Positions 12,001 through 21,892 of a stretch of 64,000 bases of DNA are shown here, one piece after another; within the stretch, counting starts at the first letter, position 1, and every line of letters starts with the position of its first letter. Source of the DNA: Penicillus capitatus (Eukaryota > Plantae > Chlorophyta). The translations under genes and the position numbers were made by a program. The stretch is taken from the NCBI GenBank assembly GCA_965649825.1, contig OZ287714.1:243527-307526 (forward strand), in the 5' to 3' direction. The notes below the pieces were generated by a model. That model was not told the DNA's origin. It saw only the letters and a program-made list of their open reading frames with translations, and did not search any database.

Positions 12001-15000
12001 TCTGAAAAGGAAGATTGGCCCGTGATCATCGAAGCTAGTCTTCGCCACGTACTCTTTGAGGAGCTTCAATCGTTTCAGCAGTCTCTCAATCGCAGGCCTG
12101 TTGCCATCATTGATCTTACTTGCCTGATCAATGAGCTGATCAATGGATTCCAGCAATACCGACGGATCGATACTGGGTTTATATTTTGTTTCAGTGTCTG
12201 GCTCATTGATCGCTGTCTGCATTCCATCCGTCTCTGCATTCATGGTAAGAAGACTTGTACTGTGTTCGTCCTTCTTGGCCACTTCTGCTTCCGGCACAGG
12301 CTGATCGTTGTCACGTACTCGTTGCTGTTCGAGACCTATGGAAAAGTCGTCATACTCTGGTGTTCCCTCACTTCCTGAGTTGTCGTCAGGGATATCCTCT
12401 TTTGATACACCTTCATCATGAAGAGCATCCGGAGATGGCACAGCTGCGGATGACACTTGTCCACCCTCTGCACGAGAAGAACTTTCTGCGAAAGTTATAT
12501 TCTGCTGTCCAGCAATGTTGCTTCTGCTCTTGTTATCCTGGACAATATCTCTAAGATGTCTCATCGAAGTCTGGATGCTTTCGATTTCCTTTCCCAATGC
12601 GTCTTTGTCGTTTCTTTGATCATCCACATGTGCCAGAATGCAGTCGCCGGTTGTGATCAGGACGTCCAATATGTCAACGACGGATGTCAACTGCACCTGA
12701 CCAATCAACTCCGTAGCCTCCGAATCCGAAGTCAGATGCACCATCTGCACTTTGTCTGTCATTCCAGAGATCTTGAGCCATGTCTTGATCAGCTCAGTCT
12801 TAAACCCTGCTTCGCCCCACAAGAGGACGGGTTCCTTTGCTTTGAGAGCAAATGCCAACTCAACGAGCTTGTCCTTAAACACTTTTGGCGGTTCGACTCT
12901 CGAGTCACTTTCTCTCCACAGTGGACTGTTCTTCAGCTTGAAGTTAGGGAAGGAAACTGATAGTGGTCCATGCCTGAAGATCACTTCAGACTCGGTCTGC
13001 TGAATGTTTTTGATCATGCAACGATCATTCGTTAGTGTTCCGGCATCGTCGGGGAATGCTTTATCCAGCAGAGGATACAGTCTTTCCTGTTGTTCAACAG
13101 TTGTCATCGGCTGGAGCACGGACATGGCAACAGCTTTCCAAGAGAACTTGTTCTTGCTCTCGTCTCGGAAAATCTTGAATCTACGGACAATTTTTATCAA
13201 GTCTCTCATCGTGAGATTGTATGCGCCAGCTGATTCGAAGTAGAGTCGTGAGAGTGCCTTGGCATCTTCTTCCTCGACAAGTCCTTTGAATTCTTGTTTC
13301 TGGAACCTTCTGAAAATGATGTCAGAAAATTCGTTCTCTGGGAAATCTTCAACGGTGACTTCAAGGAAACGATTACGCACGGTGATTGGCAATAACTTTC
13401 TTCCATTTCTGCCACCGTGAAACGGATTCTGCGTTGCAAAGAATCTGAATTCTGGATGGACTGTCACAGCAATATGCGTTCCTGGAATCCGGACGACCCG
13501 ATCGCCTTCCAAGAAAGGCATTAAAGCAGCTGTGACGGAAAGAGGAGCAAGATTGAACTCATCGGCCACAAACCAATCCCCACTTTCCATTGCCTGGATT
13601 AGGATGCCTTTTGCAAATGCAAATCCTGAGCTCGATGGCATCCAGGTTCCAAAGTAATCCTGCAGTGTGGTCGTTTCGCTGTTATTCAACATTTTGACTT
13701 GGTGATGGCGTTGGCGAAATCGTCTCAGGCCGTGAATCAAGGCTGTCTTTCCGACAGCTGGTTTTCCTTCGAGTAGGACGGGTGTGTTTGTACGGACACC
13801 CAACAGAACAGCTTGCGCATGGGTCTCTCTCGAGTCTGTCAATACCAGTTCTGGGTCAACGTCGACATCCTTCAGCAACTCCAGACGGTTGAGAGCATCA
13901 GGTGGACATCCCATTTGTGTGAGAAGATCCTCTCTCTGCTGCAGATCTTTCATCGGATAGACAAATACGACAATCAATGCACAATGAAGAGCATCCGTAA
14001 TATCTATCCCTTCGAACTGTGCGATTAAGATCGTTGCAATGTCCAGCAGCTTGACAAACTGTCTGAAAATGATACTGGATTGTTGGCATTTGTTGAGAAA
14101 CTCTCTGATCTTCAAACAGTAGGTACAGATGATGTCGCAGTCTTTTTCAAAGCTCTCGGAATCCTTTCCAGTCAGACAACACTTAAGGATGGATTGCAGC
14201 GTTCTCTTGAATCTTTCCGACTGTTGACCCGGGTCTTCAACATGAACGGTGATGAAACGATTGAACAGAGCAGCTGTGAGCTCTTTTGACAAACTGTCAT
14301 AGCCTCTGGATGCAATGCCCTTTGGTGTGTAAGTGGCAATGAACTGAAATCCTGTCGCAGGGCCTGGCTCATCGGACATCTGTCCATCTCTTGTGCGACG
14401 ACAGCACAAAGGCTTAGTGTCTCCTCTCTCTGTTAGCCACAGAGCTTTCGGCGATTCCAGTACAGGGTTGATTCGCTCTTGAAGTACAGCTTCTGCTTGG
14501 CCAATGTTGTCGACGATGAAGACACTTCCTTCGATAAAGGACTTTGTCAATGGGCCGTTTCGCCACTCCACTGTGTATTGCTGATCATTCTTAACTGGAA
14601 GGTGTTCTCCGAGCATCGCCGATGGTTCACTCTCTGTTGTCAGTGTGACCTGGGCGTATTGATTTCCTAAGAGGAAAGCAATCGCCTTTCCCAGGCATGT
14701 CTTTCCAGATCCGGCACGTCCTTCGATTAGGATCGGCCGTTCACTCCGGAGAGCGGCGAGTAAGTCAATCAGGAGCTGACAATTATGATCATTAAGAGCT
14801 GTTGGCATCTCTGGCACGATGGATCTCATTGGCTTGACTGCGTCTCGTGTCACCTCACATTCCCTTACGAAAATGTTCATGACTTGTTCTCTTGCCTTCT
14901 CGTGCCTCAAAGAATAGCAGTAGAGTTCAGCTCCTAGCTTTCCCAACTGGACGAGCGAATCCAAGCTGAAGATGTCCTCTTTCACTGCTTCGGCGATCCA

Positions 15001-18000
15001 CTTCACCAGCCAAAACTCAGAGAAGGACGTGTACACTCCATAGTCCATCATGAAATCTGGTTCAGTGATCGTCTTTTGCACTTCCTCATGGATTTGTATA
15101 CACTTTTCAAGCGCACCACGGGTTTCTTCCGACAGAGCAGTTTGGTGTGGAAAGTGGACCTTCCAGAATTCTGCCGCATCAATATCCATTGTCCTCTTGT
15201 TCTCATCTCTCAATTCGGCATACGCTTCTCTCACACGCGTGACCTTATCAGAAAGAGAAGAGCTGTCCACATTCTCATCAGAAGGAAGTAAATGTTGTTG
15301 CTCCAACAGTTTTCTGATGATATCGCGTCCATCTGATCTGAACCGACATCCGTAAATTAACCAGGCATAGCTTCCCAGTTTTTCGTCTGTTTCTGGAAGA
15401 CGGTGTTCTGTCGCAATCATGTCCGTCCATGTCAACAACTCGCGGTTTGTGATGGTCGTGTATGCCTCGACCTCGGTACACCGTTGTTCAATAGCAGTTC
15501 TGGCTTTGCAGTGAAACTCTGTCATGTTCTCAGCCACTCTCAAGAGCGGCTCGGAGTTCTTCTCTCTCAATGTCGCGATGCTTAGCTTTAGCTTCACAAT
15601 CTCTTTCCATTCCTCTTTGGGAAGCTCTCTGAAGTTCATGATGGAGAACTGCGAAAAGAAGGCAGTGCTCATGCGTTCTCTCTTTCCTGCTTGCCATGGA
15701 TTCTGTGTGGCAAACAGTCGAAACCTGGGATCCTTCTTTATGACTCTCGTGGCTGCATCTGCTGCACTCTGATCGCTCAGAACAATCTCTCCCCTTTCCA
15801 TCGCATCCGTGATGACCTTTAAAGCGCCTTCTTCTGCCAAGTTCATCTCATCGAGCAACACCCAATCACCATTTTGGAAACTCTTCGAGAAAGGTTGCAA
15901 TGTGAAATCCGGAACATCCCCTGCGGTTATGGATAGTTTGCCCAAGAAATCATCAGGTGTCAAATTTGACGACATGTTGATGCGAATGAGATCGACATGC
16001 TCCCGTTTTGCAATCTCCATCAGGGTCGCCGTCTAAAACATGACAATCGTAAGATGCTTTTGATTGCATAGAGCTGCACGATACTTTTCCGACGCCAGTT
16101 GTTCCGATCAACAACACGGGAGATCCATCGTCGATCTTCTCTTTGATCATTCTGATGTTCTCTTCTGTCGTTTCTGTTGGTATAAATGCGCCCTGCGTAA
16201 GTTCACCACTTGTCAATCCGATGCTGCAGTGCCTTCTGAGTCCCACTCGTCTACCCCTCTTGAGAATAGCCTGACGCATGGAGACGTTTTCAAGGTTCGG
16301 GGTTTTGCTCTTAAAGGTCGTGATGAGCGCATCCAGATCTTCAATGGATGCTTCTCCGGCTTGAATATCTTCTCCTTCGGGAAATTTTGCCGAAGAGAAA
16401 GGATTGAGTTGATACGACTGCGGCACATCAACACTGCTCACTTCGACCTGCTTCTCACGTGATCCTTTGTTTATGACAAAGCGGACAAGTTCCTTCAATG
16501 TCTCGGAGTCTGGTCTGTCTTCTTCAAGAAGCTCGAAGATTCTGTGCAGAATGGGTGCCAGCGCATGGCAAGAAGCATTCCTCTGCGATTGCGGCAGTGT
16601 CTTTAGATACTTAAGCAGGTTGTCAAAAAACTTGACTTCCTTAGAAGCGTCAATTTGATTGACACAGTTGAGAAACGTCAACAGGAGGTTATCCAATCGC
16701 CTTGAGTCCTCCTCCTGATTAAAGAGAAAGATGTCTAATAGTTTCTTAAACCCCTCCTCAGGCATCTCCCCGTGCACAAGAGTTTCGGGGGTCAGCATGA
16801 GAGTATTGACAACATGTGACTTCCAGTGGCAATCCATCAGCAAAGCCAGTTTGTTCAGACAATCTCTGGCGATGTCTGCAAAACCTGGCTGACTGACTGC
16901 GACGTCAATCAAGAGTTGGCAGACAGTTCGGCACACGGTGTCGTCATCGACCCTTGCCACTGCCGATGATCCTCCAACTGTTTGGAGACGCATTCGAAGG
17001 GCCTTTAATGGCCACTCGCAGAATCTAGGATTCATCTGCGACAAAACTTTGAGCAGATCGCTAGTATCCTCCATGTCTCCTTTCATTGCCCAGGTTCGAA
17101 GCATGTCACCAGACCCTGCGGCGTCAAACAGCATTCTAAAATTGTTGGCGTTCTGTGATGAGACTTTCAAGAAAGAAGAAAAAACAATGTGGGAAGTATG
17201 TTGTTGACAGTAATGCATGATGCTGCGGAATGCAGGAAATACAGATTCGCCTAGTTCCCAAACAAACAGAAAAACTTTGCAGACATACTCGATAAGACTT
17301 GTGTTAATGACAAAGGTATCCACAAAACTGCCCTCTCTTTCAAAGAAAAAAGACAAGAACACCAAACGCTCGTGTAACCAACCCCGATTATGTTGAGACG
17401 TACATTCCTTGCTCACAAAACAGTCTATACAGGATTTGAAGAACAATGGTGGAACAAACTTCGGGTCACTGTTCTCGACAAGGAAGGCTGTAAGAGAACG
17501 AACTTGATCATAAGATGGCTCATTGCCTCGATAAACGACAGGGGAAACAAAAAAATACTCAACAGTGGAAAGCACCAAACAGCGATTCATTCTCAGATTC
17601 TCTGTAAGCTTGTCGCAAAGAATCTGAAATGCATCTACTTCTTTCGAAAGAGTGACTTCCAGAGCTGCGTGAAGCTGCGTCTTAGAAAAATCGAATGTGT
17701 CATCATAACAATTGACCAGATTTGCGAAAAAACAATTGATGGCACTTGCAGACACTGCGCTTCTCAAGATGTGGAAGATCAGGTCGTCAGGGCGACGTCT
17801 GGGACCAACGTCTCCTCGCTTTTTGTAGTCCGTCTTGTTGTCTGACCACGTGACTGTCGTGGGATAGCCGACGGATAGTTTCTCGCAGTTCTCTGGCACC
17901 ACTTGTCTCGATGTCACTTTTTTGATGATGAGTGGATTGAAGAACAGCTTCATCAGTTCTTCGGATCCGAGTGCCATTGTCCATGAATTCAAAAGAGTGG

Positions 18001-18616
18001 AATTCTCTTCGGCATCGCTGACTGCGCCGGACAGTTTCCGCAGGTGAAGGAGAGACAAACTCAGCAAACCGATCACCGCATCTGTTTCCTGGCCGGCGAG
18101 TCCGATGGATAGCAAGTTCAGGAGCATGCTGATACTGGGCTGCTCTCTTTTGGATGTCGCTCGTGGTAGATGTTTAATGTTTGTACGTGGGTTTGTTATT
18201 CTCTCGACAGTGAGTTGTTCCGCATCGAATTCCTCTTCGCGGAGCAGTAGGCGAAAGGTTGAGTCGTGCCTTGCTGGATCAATCGAGTTCAAAAACCAGT
18301 GAATGAATCGCGCTAACTGACCGCAGATGCACTTCCTGGCTTTAAAGACTCTCACCGAGTGGGCTTGAATGATACAACGACCCAGGTGATATATGGTTTC
18401 TGGCTTGAGAAGGCCAGCGTTGGCAGTTTTTTCTTCTTCTTTCAGTTGAATGATGGAATCGACGATTTCTCGTGTTTCTTCGTAGTCGTCGAGTTCCTTA
18501 CACGAAGAATCCGCCGTCGAGCTTGCCGTCGCAGTGGAAGACGATTCTTCTGCTCCATTTCTTCGCAGGACGTTGAATAACGACTGCAGCAAATGCTTCT
18601 CTCGCGGCGACGACAT
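1..18616 (-). CDS. Giant midasin-like six-AAA+ protein (>=6,150 aa, 3' end outside window): ARM-like N-terminus, 6 AAA_5/MoxR-type modules, long helical linker, tandem Ig-like/ASH domains
   Basis: Manual splicing joins ORF 15953-18616, ORF 11095-16020 and a stop-free frame from 11094 to base 1. Exons are 18616-16085, 16032-11148, 11094-9316 and 9261-<1. GT-AG introns are 16033-16084 (52 nt), 11095-11147 (53 nt) and 9262-9315 (54 nt); removing the first two restores the Walker A motifs GTTGVGK|T and GQPGIG|KT. Walker A/B pairs: GTTGVGKT/WVLLDE, GRAGSGKT/VFIVDN, GKPAVGKT/WFVADE, GEAGFKT/IFVVED, GQPGIGKT/WILLDE, GGTCSKKT/FVFFDD. Midasin-style FRLFATQNP and RMS/KL-FFSQF/RNRF sensor-I and R-finger motifs are present. 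Confidence 0.88.
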
Positions 18617-19639
18617 TTGGACCTAAGATTCACACACGCGTCAAAACATGACCACCCGAGTTACACTAAAAAAATCTTTCTGTATGTTTAGAAAGAGAGT
18701 AGCAAAGATTGTGCTGTAGTTGCCGCCGCCAATGCCATTAAACGCGCAACAAAGAGTGTACGTGCGGCGAGACGTATATATCAAGTATAGTCGCCAAAGA
18801 AATCATATGGTGTACCGTGTCTCTTCTGGAGACCAGCTTCGGCTGCGTGTTGTCCACAAAGATACAAAGTCGACTTCGCTTTCGTCGAGCGAAGAAGGGC
18901 TCTTTTTACACAGTTTCGGGTCAGCTATCACCTGTCATGTCATTGACCGGTTTCGTGAAGGCCTATCATAGACAATCAACCAACACATTCGGCACATGAG
19001 TGACCGATATGTGTTGTCATGCCTTGTTTCTTCTTCTTCCTGTTCAATCAGTCACACACACGTTACCATCACCAGACTGCTTTCAGATAGCGCCCATGGG
19101 ACATTGATCGCAATCTATGGACGATCTGATTAAACTAATCAGTGTCTCCATGCATCGAGGATCATTTGCATTGCATTTCGATCTCTCTCTAGAGATGTTC
19201 AATGCATGCCCTTAGATTTCAAACTTGTCTTTTTGCTATCCTTGCGCTCATTCTAACGGCATTGGAAGAATCGCTTCTCGAATTGTTACATCATCCTGTT
19301 TTCGGCAGACAGTGACTGGCCATTCGGACCATGATTGACTACACTCTCTATTCATTCGAAGATGCTTGAATTCAATGCTGCATGCAACAAACGTGTATCG
19401 AATTGCTGCTAGACTTCTACATTGTCAGTGTCGTCTTTCTCATAGTTTCCTTGAGTCACACACGGGGAGTCGATCGGTCTATCAAATCCTGTATCGTCCT
19501 CGCGGCAATGCCGACGACGCGTCAGCTCTGGTGCAAATAGGCCAATCATCCGAGCCGCATTTCACGAATCATTCTTGTAATTATTAATGAAAGCACCTTC
19601 GCCTTTCCAATCAGGCACTTCTGAAAGGCGACGTTTCTG

Positions 19640-21289
19640 ATGACGCCGACGAGAAGAAAGCGTGTTTGTTTCTGGATCGTCGACTGTCTCGATAAAGATT
19701 CTCTTGACGCCATGAAGACATCTCTTAAGAAGGCGGCCAACACCGCTCAACTGTCCGAGGTCCCATTGGAGGACTTTGACATAGGACTCGCATGTGTGCG
19801 TTTGAACGCGACAGCAAAGGTCGAGTTGAAGATCTTGCTCAGTCCTGGGAGAATGTGTTTATCCAATTTCCACGCCGCAGTTGATCAACTGCAGCCTTCC
19901 GACGAACGAAGCGATCATCAGAAACTGGCAGCCGTGCTGAAGAAGATCATGGAAAGACTTCCATCGGACACTGCTGCAGGCGGCGGCGCAATAATGTCTC
20001 GCATAGATGGAGAGAATTGCGCCGCCGAGGAACGTCAAAATGAGATTCATGTCGTTTCTATGCGGCTCGAATCTGGACCTGGTATGATCAAAGTGTTGAA
20101 GCAGTCGAGTCGGCGAGGAATTCGTATTCACTTTCATCTGTTCATCAGTGACGACGTCTTTCGTAGAACAGTGAGCTGCTGAGCATCACCGATGAATCAT
20201 TCTCTGTATTTTTGTATCAAGGGAGCGGATGGAGGAGAGAGTTCGTCCACGGCAGAGACCATGCGCGAGCGTCTGGTGCAGGATATCTATGATATTGAGA
20301 CGGTTTCGTTGGAGAACTCTATTGCCAGTGTGCTCGCATTCGAGCGGATGATGATGTCTTGGATTCGGGACCTGCTTCCAAACACATCGCTCTCGATACT
20401 TGTCAGCTTTCCTTTGCCGACAAGTGAAACGGATCTCAGATTTCCCTGCGTTGCTGCAACCCCGTGCATCAAGCTCGCGTCAGTGATTTCAAAATCTGTG
20501 CTCTGTTCATGCAAAGAGACCCGACTGGATGCGAAGTCAGACAAGTACGTATGTCTGCCTGCATCTTCGTCATTAGGTAGAAGTCAATCTCTCCTGTCCC
20601 CCTTCTCCGTCTTAGGTATTCAACATTGGAGACACATTGGGAATACGGCAGAGAAACAAGTTTAAATCGTCAGAAATGCAAAGGCCTTGCCGACGATGTC
20701 CAGTGGTTGGCTCGGTGTCAGGAAGGTCGGATCCGACAATCTGTGAATGGTGTCCCCGTGCTTTCCGTTTGTCATCGATTGCCGATGCGGCACCTTGAGA
20801 GGCACCATCTCGGCGACGGAGTGCAGCTCTTTCACGATACAGTGGACGAGGACACATCTCAAAATGCAAATACGTTGTTAGATATTTGCAGAGCAGCAAT
20901 CGAAAGCGAGGAAGTTTTTCTGTCAAATGGATACATGGATCTGGGAAGAGGTTGTCTCTGTCACACTCTTCAACACTATGCACTCATCCCTTCATGCGTA
21001 AGCGGCAAAAAATCTCTGCTTGTTCGCACACAAGTGCTTGATGCAGGACGGTTCGATGTTGCATGCATTCAAAGTGTATTCACCAGATGAACACTTGCCC
21101 AGAAAGATCACAGTAATCACACCGACCACGACGACAGAAGAAAGGAAACAGGCAGCCAGAGGGATACTGCAGAGGATTCCCTCGATGGAGAAGAGTGATG
21201 CTGACCTATGTCGCATCGCCACGGATGCACATGCACTTCTCAATCGAATTCTATCCGAATCTGCATCCTTCTGTCGCCGAGATCTGTGA
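19640..21289 (+). CDS. M1AP: Meiosis 1 arrest protein (M1AP)-like vWA-fold protein, multi-exon
   Basis: ORF pieces 19640-20182, 20192-20665, 20626-21090 and 21020-21289 form one colinear product. Segments DIETVSLENSIASVLAFERMMMSWI and QNANTLLDICRAAIESEEVFLSNG...HYALIPS...SMLHAFKVYSPDEHLP recall, from memory, human M1AP DIDLQTIDNDIVSMEIFFKAWL and NQQHFHALCHSLLKREWLLLAKG...FYVIMPS...LLVKAVATRELMLP. Exact exon boundaries are not resolved. Confidence 0.55.
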
Positions 21290-21639
21290 GAACTCAAAAC
21301 CATCAATTAGTATCATTCATCGCCACGACTACCCACCGCCCATGTCTAACCAAACCGGCCAGGACACAGCCCAGAATCTCTTTCCTAGAAGAAATTAAAT
21401 ATTCGACAACCAGTCATGATGCACACATCAACTGTGATCTTTTGTTGCATTTGCAATTGCTATGATCAACAAGCAAGCAGGTAGATAATCCGATCAATCG
21501 TTATTTCTTTCGGGGTTGTTTGAAAGACATCAAACAGAAAAGAGATTAATCCACAGACTTAAGGGACACACTGTCTTTATTCTAGCTTTGCGATCGGCTG
21601 AATTGGAAAGAGCGCGTAGAAGACCATGAACGATACTCA

Positions 21640-21725
21640 ACAACAACGACGACGACGACAACGATGACGAAAATGACACCACCACCACCATCACCAACAA
21701 CAACAACAACATACAATACAGAAAA
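21640..21725. repeat. Mixed trinucleotide microsatellite (CAA/CGA/CCA)n in convergent 3' UTR region
   Basis: caacaacaacgacgacgacgacaacgatgacg...accaccaccaccatcaccaacaacaacaacaac is read directly. Confidence 0.85.
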
Positions 21726-21892
21726 CAAAGTAGAGCCACCGTGTGAAGCAAGAACAAGAATAGACTTCTCCTGCAGATAGAAGATACAAGCGCAGGCGTC
21801 AAGAATACAACTGCTGAATGTCAATTGGTTGGTTAGTTGGTTGGCTGACGGAAAGTGTTGAGTGAACAGAAAACAACAACGACAACGACAAT

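Noticed and set aside
1-18616. Calling the giant gene MDN1, dynein heavy chain or RNF213
   Set aside because: The AAA motifs are midasin-like, but the long N-terminal helical region, missing AAA2 insert and Ig-like tail do not fit MDN1, and no D/E-MIDAS region is visible yet. There is no dynein stalk/MTBD or RING signature, so the symbol is left blank.
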